From Spirochaetia bacterium (GTDB taxonomy: Bacteria; Spirochaetota; Spirochaetia; DSM-2461), in the NCBI GenBank assembly GCA_963666985.2, contig CAXXIA010000001.1:736001-800000 (forward strand): a stretch of 64,000 nt of DNA. The letters run 5' to 3'. This document shows positions 8,801 through 17,995 of this stretch, in pieces; the stretch's first letter is position 1; the number at the start of each line of letters is the position of its first letter. The notes under the pieces were generated by a model, which searched no databases, was not told where the DNA came from, and saw only the letters and a list, made by a program, of their open reading frames with translations. The position numbers and the translations under genes were made by a program.

Positions 8801-9889
8801 GATGAAATCGAGGCGGCGTGGCGGAGGCCTTTTTCCGAGGTTTGGCCGGAGGACCGGAGAGAGGGTGAGCGGATTGCGCAGGCACAGGATGTGCCGGAGG
8901 ACGGCAGAATCTGCGGCGAAGACCCGCTCGGCGGTCCGGGAGCGGCCCGCGGGGGGGGCGAGGGCGCCCTGCGCGGTGAAGGCGCGCCTGTAACGCCCGA
9001 AGATGGTGATGTTTTGTTACGATGGAATCGGAGGGAGAAGAGCTCCTGCGATTTCGAAAACGGCGGTGCGCGGAGAGCTTCGGGGGCCGGCAAACCAAGA
9101 GTCCTGATTCCCGTTTTTTCCGGGACAAATGGGGAAGATGACGCGAGGAGAGCTTTTTCACGGGCCGGGGCGGCGGCTGAGGAATATGTGTTTTTGGACA
9201 GGGTCGCCGGCGGCGCGGATGAGGCGATTAAGGGCTTGGCGGAAGGCATCGGGAAGTCTCAGATTTTGTATATATCCGGCGGGTTCTCGGCGGGCGATGA
9301 GCCTGACGGTGCGGGAAAATACATCGCAGCGGTTCTTCGGCAGGAACGGGTTGCCGATGCGATTTATTCCCTGCTGGAACGGGACGGTTTGATTCTGGGA
9401 ATCTGCAATGGGTTTCAGGCGCTGATGAAAAGCGGCTGGCTTATTTCGGGCGAAGCGGGGGTGCCGGGGAGCGATGATCCGACATTGGTGAGAAACCGCA
9501 TCGGGCGTCATGTGGCCCGTGTGGTCCGCACGGTCGCGACGGGGGCGAGAAGTCCCTGGCTTTCGCGGATTTCCCGAGGGGATGTTCATTGCGTGCCGGT
9601 CAGTCACGGGGAAGGCCGGTTTACGGCGCCCAAGGCGGTTCTTGATTCTTTGGCGGCATCCGGCCGGATCGCTTTTCAGTACTGCGACAGGGAGGGCCGT
9701 CCGTCCATGGGCGGCGAGTTTAATCCGAACGGTTCGGATTTGGCGGTGGAAGGACTCCTTTCGCCCTGCGGGAGGATTCTGGGGAAGATGGGGCACAGCG
9801 AACGGTGGCGCAAGGGAACGCTGATTGATATTCCGGGGATGGAAACCGAGCAGCCGCTGATTGCGGGCGGGGTTGATTGGTTCCGCTGA
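5879..9889 (+). CDS. purL: Phosphoribosylformylglycinamidine synthase (large, fused glutaminase type)
   Basis: WSDHCRH, KNETHNHPT, LSESQERM, GGKDSMS, GICNGFQ, SHGEG and GHSER motifs. Alternative ATG at 5876. Confidence 0.97.
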   Translation: MAETLKLYIERKDGRDSEALDSAAEIRSALGLSGLEKIRLITEYEVAGLTSDLLNAAAPGLLYEPPSDIAKESLTVSGPVIAREYLPGQFDQRADSAARGLRLLYPDRTIEVRRADILIPVGNLSEEDLNRIRDWVINPVDSRVKILGDSSLGEEAPRPESIPILKGFRKLDDAGLKRIKKEEGLALEPEDLEFIRIWFDENEQRDPTLAELRALDTYWSDHCRHTTFETELLEIKVADGPEADEIQAALKDWEAARALCGREEKPRTLMDLATVSARCARFEGTLEDWDISEEINACTLKVNADIDGKRVPWLLSFKNETHNHPTEIEPYGGASTCLGGAVRDPLSGRAYVHQALRVTGGADPRQNPRETRKGKLPQRLIAHGAAEGYSGYGNQLGLATTIVREHYHPLYEAKRLECGAVMGACPAANVVREVPQAGDVVILVGGKTGRDGIGGATGSSVAHDGGSLEKAGAEVQKGNAPEERKIQRLFRNPQASKLIRRCNDFGAGGVAVAVGELADGLEINLDAVPVKYSGLNGLELVLSESQERMAVVVSPEDAETFIGLAAGENLEAVAVARVTDDRRLRMNWRGDTIIDLDRDLLDTAGVRRTAKAFVPADRREDGGSREPGAGGRKAGAERSGGERCEGFGGACGGAADLLSVLCAPEIASRRGLEERFDGTVGGGTVLAPHGGFRQAVPAEASVHLLPADGEVGTAGIMSIGFDPALASMSPFRGGQYALIEALARMCAAGGPWRNARFSLQEFFGRTDKGPEAWGRPLAALLGALTVQRRWNLPAIGGKDSMSGSFEELDVPPTMIAFAAAAMEAKKAVGASLPGSGLTLVLVNESAGSGGGAETFSAPDFDVLAAGWDWIGTLNERGVLQAGASVGPGGPLAKLAVMALGNLVGVELDDEPGAAPERTKGTGPFAADYGALIIAVEGSLDGLLSEAAERGVRFRVLGKTIDEAVFKWPGGSLTLDEIEAAWRRPFSEVWPEDRREGERIAQAQDVPEDGRICGEDPLGGPGAARGGGEGALRGEGAPVTPEDGDVLLRWNRREKSSCDFENGGARRASGAGKPRVLIPVFSGTNGEDDARRAFSRAGAAAEEYVFLDRVAGGADEAIKGLAEGIGKSQILYISGGFSAGDEPDGAGKYIAAVLRQERVADAIYSLLERDGLILGICNGFQALMKSGWLISGEAGVPGSDDPTLVRNRIGRHVARVVRTVATGARSPWLSRISRGDVHCVPVSHGEGRFTAPKAVLDSLAASGRIAFQYCDREGRPSMGGEFNPNGSDLAVEGLLSPCGRILGKMGHSERWRKGTLIDIPGMETEQPLIAGGVDWFR

Positions 9890-9967
9890 TGGCGGATGCG
9901 GCGCGGTTTCCGCGGTGCGGCGAAAAGAATGGATCGGTCCTTAATCGAGGGCTTTGGGGAGGAAGAG

Positions 9968-10444
9968 ATGGTCGGGATTATTTTCGGCAGTAAAAGCGAT
10001 ACGGAAAAGATGAGGGGCGCGGCGAAGTGCCTGGACGAGTTCGGGATTCGATGGGAGGCACATGTTCTTTCGGCGCACCGTGTTCCGGAAGAACTGAAAA
10101 CGCGTCTTGCGGCGATGGAAGATTCCGGAGTGAAGGTGTTTATCTGCGGCGCGGGATTGGCCGCGCATCTTCCGGGAGTTGCGGCTTCCATGACGACAAA
10201 GCCCGTTATCGGCGTGCCCCTCTCGGCCAAGCTCGGCGGGACGGACTCGCTTTATTCCATCGTTCAGATGCCCAAGCCCATTCCGGTGGCGACGGTCGGG
10301 ATTGATAATTCCTATAACGCGGGGATGCTGGCGGTTGAGATTCTGGCATTGGCGGACGAGACTCTGGCACGGCGTCTTTCGGAGTGGCGAATCGCGATGA
10401 AAAAAACGTTTATCGCCGAAAACGAGTCGGGAGATTTACTTTAA
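9968..10444 (+). CDS. purE: N5-CAIR mutase / AIR carboxylase
   Basis: MVGIIFGSKSD, SAHRVP, AGLAAHLPG, SIVQMP motifs; SD GAGGA upstream of ATG 9968. Confidence 0.96.
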   Translation: MVGIIFGSKSDTEKMRGAAKCLDEFGIRWEAHVLSAHRVPEELKTRLAAMEDSGVKVFICGAGLAAHLPGVAASMTTKPVIGVPLSAKLGGTDSLYSIVQMPKPIPVATVGIDNSYNAGMLAVEILALADETLARRLSEWRIAMKKTFIAENESGDLL

Positions 10445-11866
10445 ATGGCCGGAAAAACAGCCGAAATGGGCATCGCCGCGGACGACGACGATAAACTGCA
10501 TGAAGAATGCGGTGTGTTCGGTCTTTGGGCACCCGCCGAAGCCACCGATGCCGGAGACGAAATTTATCGAGGTCTTTTGGCCTTGCAGCACCGGGGTCAG
10601 GAAAGCGCCGGAATCACGGTGGGCTCCGATGGAGCGCTGAAAACCGAGAAAGGCATGGGGCTTATCTCCCAAGTGTTCAGCGCCGAAGATCTGGAGAAAA
10701 TCACCGGACATACGGGTATCGGTCATGTCCGATATTCCACCGCAGGAAAGAGCAATATTGAGAATGCTCAGCCTCTGGTGGGGCACGGGAAGCTTGGCGA
10801 TTTGGCCGCGGCGCATAACGGAACTTTGGTCAATGCCGGAGTTCTCCGATCCCTGCTGGAAGACGGAGGCGTTCTTTTCCAGACGGATGCGGATTCGGAA
10901 GTCCTTTTAAAGATGATCGCCAGAAAAGCGGCCAAGGGTTTGGAAGAAGCGGTAACCGAGGCGATGAGCGCCGTAAAGGGATCGTACGCTTTGGTTATGG
11001 TCGCCGGAGACACACTGATCGGCGCCCGCGATCCTTACGGAATACGGCCCATGGTTTTGGGGCGGAAGAAGGAGCGCTGGTATTTGTCTTCCGAATCCTG
11101 CGCCCTTGAAGCCGTCGGGGCGGAAACGGTGCGGGATGTGGCTCCCGGCGAGGTGATTTTTATCGATTCGGACGGTCCCAGAAGTATCGTTCAGGATTTG
11201 GCGAATGAAAGGGCCACCTGTGTTTTCGAGTATATCTATTTCGCCCGGCCCGACAGCCGCATCGACGGGATTTCCGTTATGGAAAGCCGACTGGCCATGG
11301 GAAGGGAATTGGCGCGTGAATGGAATGTCGAGGCGGATCTGGTTTGCGGCGTCCCCGATTCGGGGGTGCCGGCGGCCCTGGGATTCGCCCGGGAATCCGG
11401 CGTTCCGTTCGGAATGGGGTTTATAAAAAATCATTACGTGGGCCGCACCTTTATTCATCCCGATCAGGCGATGAGGGAACGCGCCGTTTCGGTAAAACTT
11501 ACGGCTCTACGGGAAGAAGTGGAGGGCCGGCGGGTTCTTCTCATCGATGATTCCATAGTTCGGGGCACCACAAGCAGGCGGCTGGTTACGTTGATGCGGC
11601 AGGCGGGAGCCGCCGAAGTGAAGTTCGGCGTTGTTTCACCCCCCATTACCAGTCCCTGCTACTTCGGCATCGATACACCGGTGGCCGAGGATTTGATTGC
11701 CCATTCCATGGATGTGGAGTCGATTCGTTCCGTTCTGGCCGTGGATGAATTGGCCTATTTGAGTTTGGAAGGATTGAAGCGGGCGCTGGAACGCCAGACG
11801 GGATTTTGTTTGGGCTGCCTGACCGGGAGTTATCCTCTTCCCCCTCATAAACTGCGAAGCGCATAA
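10445..11866 (+). CDS. purF: Amidophosphoribosyltransferase
   Basis: EECGVFG propeptide/Ntn Cys, QHRGQE, GHVRYST, HNG, DDSIVRGTT; Fe-S type Cys residues (CVFEY, PCYFG, CLGC). Confidence 0.97.
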   Translation: MAGKTAEMGIAADDDDKLHEECGVFGLWAPAEATDAGDEIYRGLLALQHRGQESAGITVGSDGALKTEKGMGLISQVFSAEDLEKITGHTGIGHVRYSTAGKSNIENAQPLVGHGKLGDLAAAHNGTLVNAGVLRSLLEDGGVLFQTDADSEVLLKMIARKAAKGLEEAVTEAMSAVKGSYALVMVAGDTLIGARDPYGIRPMVLGRKKERWYLSSESCALEAVGAETVRDVAPGEVIFIDSDGPRSIVQDLANERATCVFEYIYFARPDSRIDGISVMESRLAMGRELAREWNVEADLVCGVPDSGVPAALGFARESGVPFGMGFIKNHYVGRTFIHPDQAMRERAVSVKLTALREEVEGRRVLLIDDSIVRGTTSRRLVTLMRQAGAAEVKFGVVSPPITSPCYFGIDTPVAEDLIAHSMDVESIRSVLAVDELAYLSLEGLKRALERQTGFCLGCLTGSYPLPPHKLRSA

Positions 11867-12056
11867 TGGAAGCGGAAGATGATCGGGTTCGGATGAATAC
11901 GGTCTCCGATCGCTCGATTTCTTTCATTGTCGAAAATCAAGTCTACCCGATCGGGGTTGTCATGAATTTCATTAAATGTTAATAGGTATTAATATAAAAG
12001 AATCGGTGCCGATGCGGCGCGGATCTGATACTCTGTTGAAAATACGGAATTAAACT

Positions 12057-13055
12057 ATGGATCAAGCAAAAACGATAAGTTACGAGGACTCCGGGGTTGA
12101 TAAGGCGGAAGGATATCGTGCGGTCGAAAAAATGAAGAGTGCGGTATCAAAAACTCAAGGATCGGCCGTACTCGGCGGACTTGGAGCTTTTGCCGGTTTG
12201 TATTCCCTGGAAGGATGGAAAAATCCCGTTCTTGTTTCCGGCACCGACGGTGTGGGAACGAAACTTCGGCTTGCTCTGGATGCCGGCGGACTTGAGACGA
12301 TTGGACGGGACTGCTATGCGATGGTGGCCAACGATATTCTCTGCCACGGAGCTAAACCATTGTTTTTTCTTGATTATTTGGCCTGCGGGAAACTGAACGC
12401 GGATACGGCCGCCGGCATCGTCGGGGGTATGGCGGCCGCTTGTCTGGAGGACGGCTGCGCGCTGATCGGAGGGGAAACCGCGGAGATGCCCGGTTTTTAC
12501 GCACCGGGTGATTACGATGTCGCGGGATTCGCGGTAGGAGCGGTTGAACGGGAGAAAATCGTTGACGGCTCGGCCGTCAATGCAGGGGATGTCGTTGTGG
12601 GTTTGGCTTCAAGCGGTGTTCATTCAAACGGATTCAGCTTAATCAGAACGCTTTTCCCCGATCCTTCCGAGCTGCCCGAAGGTATTCTCAAGCCGACACG
12701 GCTTTATGGAAAAACCGTCCGTTCCCTTTTGGATCAAGGTGCGCCGATTCGGGGAATGGCGCATATAACCGGCGGAGGCCTTCCTGAAAATCTTCCAAGA
12801 GCCTTCGGCGGAAAGGAGCTGACCGCTCATGTGGAACGCGGTTCATGGAAGATTCCCGATGTTTTCCGCAGTATTCGCGAAAGAGGCGTTTCCGAAGACG
12901 ATATGAACGGAACCTTCAATATGGGAATCGGCTTTACCCTGATTGTTCCGCGAAATCAGGCGGACGGTGTTGTCGCATCGCTGAATGAGGCGGGCGAGAA
13001 GGCCGGGGTTATCGGGGTAATCCGTGAAGGGAAGGGGGGTGTATGTTACGTTTAG
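12057..13055 (+). CDS. purM: Phosphoribosylformylglycinamidine cyclo-ligase (AIR synthetase)
   Basis: SGTDGVGTK, PLFFLDY, GGETAEMPG, SSGVHSNGFSL, HITGGG, TFNMGIG. Confidence 0.97.
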   Translation: MDQAKTISYEDSGVDKAEGYRAVEKMKSAVSKTQGSAVLGGLGAFAGLYSLEGWKNPVLVSGTDGVGTKLRLALDAGGLETIGRDCYAMVANDILCHGAKPLFFLDYLACGKLNADTAAGIVGGMAAACLEDGCALIGGETAEMPGFYAPGDYDVAGFAVGAVEREKIVDGSAVNAGDVVVGLASSGVHSNGFSLIRTLFPDPSELPEGILKPTRLYGKTVRSLLDQGAPIRGMAHITGGGLPENLPRAFGGKELTAHVERGSWKIPDVFRSIRERGVSEDDMNGTFNMGIGFTLIVPRNQADGVVASLNEAGEKAGVIGVIREGKGGVCYV

Positions 13056-13624
13056 CGATTCTTGCCTCGGGCGGAGGGACCAACATGCAGTCCATAATCG
13101 ATTCTTATACTTCGGGACTGCTGGAGATGGAACCGTCTCTGGTACTTGTGGACAGACCTTGCGGTGCATTGAGCAGAGGTGTTGAAGCGGGCATCGAAAC
13201 ACAGCTCCTGGATCGGAAAATTCTCGGCAGGAAACTTTCTTTCTCTGTCGGCGATGCTCTGAAAAAGGCTCATATCGACTTTGTTGCCTTGGCGGGCTGG
13301 CTCAGCATTCTGGATTCTTCCCTGGTTGATTCATGGAAAGGCCGCATGGTGAACATTCATCCTTCATTGCTGCCGTTATACGGCGGGCCGGGTCTGTACG
13401 GGATTCGCGTGCATCAAGCCGTTCTGAAATCGGGGGATGCGGAAAGCGGCTGTACCGTGCATTACGTAGTCCCCGGAGTGGATGAAGGTGAGATTATCGA
13501 GCAGGCGCGCGTCCCCGTTTTAAAGGAAGATACTCCGGAGAGTCTGGCCGAAAGAGTTTTGGCGGAGGAACATAAGCTCTATCCGAAAGTTCTTGGAGCC
13601 TTGGCGTATGAAATAACCGGCTGA
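13043..13624 (+). CDS. purN: Phosphoribosylglycinamide formyltransferase
   Basis: LASGGGTN, NIHPSLLP, SGCTVH, VDEG, EH..YP. Confidence 0.96.
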   Translation: MLRLAILASGGGTNMQSIIDSYTSGLLEMEPSLVLVDRPCGALSRGVEAGIETQLLDRKILGRKLSFSVGDALKKAHIDFVALAGWLSILDSSLVDSWKGRMVNIHPSLLPLYGGPGLYGIRVHQAVLKSGDAESGCTVHYVVPGVDEGEIIEQARVPVLKEDTPESLAERVLAEEHKLYPKVLGALAYEITG

Positions 13625-13694
13625 TTGAAGACATTTCATAATTCATAGAATGGCTTCAATCCTGCGGCCGAGACTCCGCAGACTTCGCTTCGGC

Positions 13695-13729
13695 AGGGCT
13701 TTGTTTCAAAAATTGCTGATTTTTGAAAT
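13695..13729. repeat. 35-bp palindromic repeat, copy 1
   Basis: AGGGCTTTGTTTCAAAAATTGCTGATTTTTGAAAT with a perfect 10-bp inverted repeat; 32/35 identical to 14818-14852. Confidence 0.85.
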
Positions 13730-13764
13730 TGAGTTTCGATCAAAAATTGTGCAAGAATAAAGGC

Positions 13765-14613
13765 ATGATAAATCGGAAAACCGGGCGTCTTTTTTTCGCC
13801 GTATTGATTCTTTTTGCGTTATTTCCCTCTTCATTGCTCTATGCCGATCTCGGTGATTTTTCCCGATCCGTTAATGAAGGCCGGCAGGAGAACGAACCCG
13901 AGGAAAAGAAAAAAAAGGAACGTGAATTTCATGAGGATCACGAAGACGACGAGTCCCAAAATCCCTTTTTCTTTTTAGCGGCTCTCCTTTGGTATTATCA
14001 CAACCGATCATCCTGCTATGCGGAATACCCTTACGAGAACGGATCGGATCGTCCTGCGGCCATAGCCCACGATGAACGTCTTTTATTGGAGAAACCGGCA
14101 CCCGATAGGAAGCAAAGCCGATGGATTCTTTCTTCCTCCGGCGGGATGTTCTTCGAAGGCACGGATATCGGCGGAACGGCGAATTTCCGTCTGAATGGAA
14201 TCGTCGGGGGCGTTGTTGGACCCGAATTTGAATACAGGCTGTGGAAGGATGAATCGTCGATTCTCCATATGTACCGTGCCGGGGGCGTTCTTCCTCTGAT
14301 TCAGAGTGATTATTTTTCACTCTCGCTTGATCTTTCCGGTGTTTTTTTTCGCGATGCCCTCTCGCTGAACGCCGTAGCTCTGGGAGGGAGTGTTGTTTCA
14401 TACCCCTTCCGTCCGATTTCATTGGAAATACGCGGAGGAGCGGTTCTTTCGGAGTCGGCCGCTTTCTCGGAACTCGGCATTAGGCTGGGAGCCCATATGA
14501 ATCGCTTTGAGGTGTATGCCGGTTATTACGGACTTTTTTATGACGATACGGGACTTGAAAATCAGACGAAGGGTCTTCATGTCGCCGAATTCGGTACGGC
14601 CGTGCATTTCTAA
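13765..14613 (+). CDS. Hypothetical exported protein, possible outer-membrane beta-barrel
   Basis: N-terminal signal peptide (..LLYA/D), alternating hydrophobic beta-strand-like segments, C-terminal aromatic residue (..TAVHF). Confidence 0.6.
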   Translation: MINRKTGRLFFAVLILFALFPSSLLYADLGDFSRSVNEGRQENEPEEKKKKEREFHEDHEDDESQNPFFFLAALLWYYHNRSSCYAEYPYENGSDRPAAIAHDERLLLEKPAPDRKQSRWILSSSGGMFFEGTDIGGTANFRLNGIVGGVVGPEFEYRLWKDESSILHMYRAGGVLPLIQSDYFSLSLDLSGVFFRDALSLNAVALGGSVVSYPFRPISLEIRGGAVLSESAAFSELGIRLGAHMNRFEVYAGYYGLFYDDTGLENQTKGLHVAEFGTAVHF

Positions 14614-14817
14614 ATTAAAATCCTTATCTCGCGGAGCATCACCGGAAAAACCGTCCTTTCATGCTGCATCCGCGGGCTGGAATCGGAATAAACTATCGAT
14701 AAACGGCGGAACCGACTCCTTGTTTTCATACGGGGTATTCGGTTTCTCCGGAAATAATTTCATCATTCCTGAAAGTGCTTAGATCCGATAGCAAAAATCC
14801 CTCGGAACCCGCGTGGA

Positions 14818-14852
14818 AGGGCTTTGTTTCAAAAATCGCCGACTTTTGAAAT
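14818..14852. repeat. 35-bp palindromic repeat, copy 2
   Basis: AGGGCTTTGTTTCAAAAATCGCCGACTTTTGAAAT; differs from copy 1 by three T/C changes. Confidence 0.85.
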
Positions 14853-14963
14853 CACCTTTCCGTTCTTATCTTTTTCTGACTTGATTCTCATTTTTCTCAT
14901 CTGTCTCTTACCGGTTCTTAATGCATCCCTGCTTTGCTTATTCAACATTTTTAGGAGATGAAC

Positions 14964-16223
14964 ATGAAGAGAAGAATCATTCCGACAATTCTGTGCTGTC
15001 TTTTTTTTGCCGCGACATCTTATGCAAACGGAGGAAAAGATGAAACACAGGGACCGGTGAATTGTGCCTTTTGGTACCCCTATGGGGAGGGATCCTGGAC
15101 CGGAGATTTTATCGCGAAAAAGATTGATGAATTCAATTCGGCAAATCCCGATATCATTATTACGGGACAGTCTTACGAAAATTACGCATCGATTGTCGAA
15201 GGATTGCAGCGGGCCGCAGCGGGAAAAAATCTTCCCGGCATTGCCACGATCGCCTACGGATATGATTCCTACATCATCAAGAGCGGTCTTTGCGCTCCGG
15301 TGAACGATTATCTCGAGGATGAACGTTTTCTCGACGATTTCTTTCCGTCGCTTCTCCATGTAACCGGGAAGAACGGAAAAACTTATGGAATCCCTTTGGC
15401 CTTATCCGTCGCCGAAATCTTTTTTCACGGCGATCTGTTTAGAAAAGCCGGTCTTGATCCGCGCACCCCTCCCAAAACATGGGATGAATTCGTCGCGGCG
15501 GCGAAGATTCTTCATGACACATCCGGGATTTACGGCGCCACCTTCGCCATGGATGATATGTGGATTTTCGAAACCGCCGTACGATCCTTAGGCGGAAATC
15601 TGCTCAGCTCCGACGGAAAGAGGGCGACCGTCGATTGTCCCGAGGCTGTAAAGATTCTTTCGGACTGGGCCGAAGGCGTCAAACAGGGATACTTCCTGTA
15701 TAACGCCGATTTCATGGAGACTCTCCAGAGTTTCGGGGGCAAGCAGGCGGCGATGTTCGCGGTTTCGAGCTACGGAACCCTCTATTATCACAATTCGCTT
15801 CCGGAAGTCTTGGCAATGCATTGGCCGGCCGCTCATGGAAAAGCCATCCAAAGTCCCGCGGGGGGAAATTCTCTCTATGTTTTCGGAAATAACGATTCGG
15901 AGCGGGAGGCGGCCGTTCGGTTCATCGAGTTCCTCACAAATCCCGAGGCGAATTCCGAATGGGCGATGAATTCCGGATACCTTCCGACCCGAAAATCCTC
16001 TCTCGAAGAAATGAGTGATTTTATCGAAGGATTCGACAATTACCGCACCGCCGTATCCGAAATTGAGTTTGTTGTTCCGCCGGTTCAATTCCCCGGTGAT
16101 GAAACGCCTCTTATCCGTAATACCATTATGGAAGCGATTGAAGCGGCGCTTCTCGGTAAGCTGACTCCGCAAGACGCTCTGAAAGAGGCCAATGGCGAGA
16201 TAAACGCATTGATCGGGAATTAA
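14964..16223 (+). CDS. ABC transporter substrate-binding protein (CUT1, UgpB-like)
   Basis: Signal peptide, FNSANPDI, YGIP, PPKTWDEF, SGYLPTRKS; SD AGGAG upstream. Confidence 0.88.
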   Translation: MKRRIIPTILCCLFFAATSYANGGKDETQGPVNCAFWYPYGEGSWTGDFIAKKIDEFNSANPDIIITGQSYENYASIVEGLQRAAAGKNLPGIATIAYGYDSYIIKSGLCAPVNDYLEDERFLDDFFPSLLHVTGKNGKTYGIPLALSVAEIFFHGDLFRKAGLDPRTPPKTWDEFVAAAKILHDTSGIYGATFAMDDMWIFETAVRSLGGNLLSSDGKRATVDCPEAVKILSDWAEGVKQGYFLYNADFMETLQSFGGKQAAMFAVSSYGTLYYHNSLPEVLAMHWPAAHGKAIQSPAGGNSLYVFGNNDSEREAAVRFIEFLTNPEANSEWAMNSGYLPTRKSSLEEMSDFIEGFDNYRTAVSEIEFVVPPVQFPGDETPLIRNTIMEAIEAALLGKLTPQDALKEANGEINALIGN

Positions 16224-16230
16224 CATCACC

Positions 16231-17115
16231 GTGATCACAATCGATGCCCATTGCCATACGGACTGCTCGGACGGATCGGTAACCATTGAAGAGCGGATTG
16301 CAATGATTAAGCGATGCGGATTCGATGCGGGTACGATTACCGATCATGATTTCGTTTCCAGTGAGCAAATCGACATTGCCCGGAAGGCGGCGGGAAACAT
16401 GCCGTTTATTCCGGGCATTGAACTCTCGTTATCCCATGAAGGCAGGATTGTGCATATCTTGGGGTATTTCGTCGATCCGGAGAACGGGCATCTCGGTAAG
16501 CATCTTTCCGAGGTTCAGGAACATGATCGTGATCTTACCGGAAAATTAATACGGGCGGGCCGAACCGAGGGGATCCGTTTCTCTTTGTCTGATTTGGAAT
16601 CCTCTTCGCTCCATACCTTTTATTCGGGACAATTTCTCAAAAAGGCGGCTCGTGAACACTGCGGTTCCGATAGGAGGAGGCTTCGGAAACTCTTTTTTTC
16701 TCTTCTCGAAGAAACAAACTTGAGCTATCCCTCTTTTTCTCCGTGGTCCGTACGAAAGGGCATCGAACTGATTCATGCCGCGGGAGGCCTTGCGGTTCTC
16801 GCTCATCCGGGATGCGAGGAAGATCCTCTCATGAAAATCTTGGGATTTCGATGTCATAAGGCGGCCGATATCCGGTGTTATGCCGATTGGGGACTCGACG
16901 GTGTTGAAACACATACTCCCGTGCATTCCCTAAGGGAAAAAGAGATGTATTCCCAAATTGCGGAGAATCTCGGGCTGATGGTTACCGGAGGAAGCGACTG
17001 CCATGGGAATGACGATTTTCTCGGTCCCGCTTTGATGGGAGTGTATACGGACTTCCCCGAAAACGTCTTTGAAAGTTTATGGAACAAACATGAAAAACCG
17101 TCTGAAAAACGATAA
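16231..17115 (+). CDS. PHP-domain metal-dependent phosphoesterase
   Basis: DAHCHTDCSDG, ITDHD, GIELS, HILGY, LAHP, GGSDCHG. Confidence 0.92.
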   Translation: MITIDAHCHTDCSDGSVTIEERIAMIKRCGFDAGTITDHDFVSSEQIDIARKAAGNMPFIPGIELSLSHEGRIVHILGYFVDPENGHLGKHLSEVQEHDRDLTGKLIRAGRTEGIRFSLSDLESSSLHTFYSGQFLKKAAREHCGSDRRRLRKLFFSLLEETNLSYPSFSPWSVRKGIELIHAAGGLAVLAHPGCEEDPLMKILGFRCHKAADIRCYADWGLDGVETHTPVHSLREKEMYSQIAENLGLMVTGGSDCHGNDDFLGPALMGVYTDFPENVFESLWNKHEKPSEKR

Positions 17116-17983
17116 CGCCGCATATGCATTGTTGGCGCCGGCGATAATAATAGCCGTCCTTTTTGTTTATGCTCCTTCTCTTTATGTTTTCTTTTTGAGT
17201 TTTATGGATTGGAATCTGATCGGCAAGAATAAAGAATTCGTCGGACTGAATTGTTATATCGGCTTATTCTCTTCCGGAAGCGGGTTCGGCAATTCGATGA
17301 TCCGTACGTTGGAATACGGGGCCGTTTATTTACCCTTAAGCATGCTGATCGGTCTTGGAGTCGCTTTGCTTCTTCAGAGGATTCATGAGAAGCGGGCCGG
17401 GTTCTTCCAGGTTCTTTATTTTATTCCTTCGATTACTTCCATAGCGGTTATCTCGATTGTCTGGTCTTATTTGTACAATCCTCAAGTCGGATTTTTTAAT
17501 TCTTGTCTTTTAAAACTCGGGATTTGCGCGGATAAGCTGCCGGAATATCTGAATGATCCGAAACTGGCTCTTCCGTCCATCGGATTGATGGGGATTTGGC
17601 AGTCCTCCGGTTTCGTCATGCTTCTTGCTTATACGGGACTGCAGGGAATCTCGAAGCATTACTATGAAGCCGCCGATATTGACGGCGCATCGGCTTTTTT
17701 TCAATTTCGGAAGATTACATTGCCGATGTTGAGTCCGACTGTTTTTTTCATTGTATTTATGCTGCTCATCAATTCCTTTCAAGTGTTCGCTCCTGTAGCG
17801 ATTTTGACGAAGGGAAGACCCTTGGGAAGCACCGATGTTGTTTTGTACTACATCTACCGGTATGCGTTCCAATTCTTCAAATCCGGACCGGCCAGCGCCG
17901 CATCATGCGTTGTGTTCGCGGTGATATTTCTTTCCGTAAAACTCCAAATGAGGTTCGGAGAGCGGTCCGTGTTCTATCAATAG
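17090..17983 (+). CDS. ABC transporter permease (UgpA/MalF-like)
   Basis: Six TM segments and EAA loop YYEAADIDGA..FRKITLPMLSP. Confidence 0.92.
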   Translation: MKNRLKNDNAAYALLAPAIIIAVLFVYAPSLYVFFLSFMDWNLIGKNKEFVGLNCYIGLFSSGSGFGNSMIRTLEYGAVYLPLSMLIGLGVALLLQRIHEKRAGFFQVLYFIPSITSIAVISIVWSYLYNPQVGFFNSCLLKLGICADKLPEYLNDPKLALPSIGLMGIWQSSGFVMLLAYTGLQGISKHYYEAADIDGASAFFQFRKITLPMLSPTVFFIVFMLLINSFQVFAPVAILTKGRPLGSTDVVLYYIYRYAFQFFKSGPASAASCVVFAVIFLSVKLQMRFGERSVFYQ

Positions 17984-17995
17984 GTAATCATTCAT

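Noticed and set aside
14659..14766. Short minus-strand ORF (MMKLFPEKPNTPYENKESVPPFIDSLF..)
   Set aside because: Only about 35 codons and not assignable to a family; could be a gene remnant but cannot be supported.
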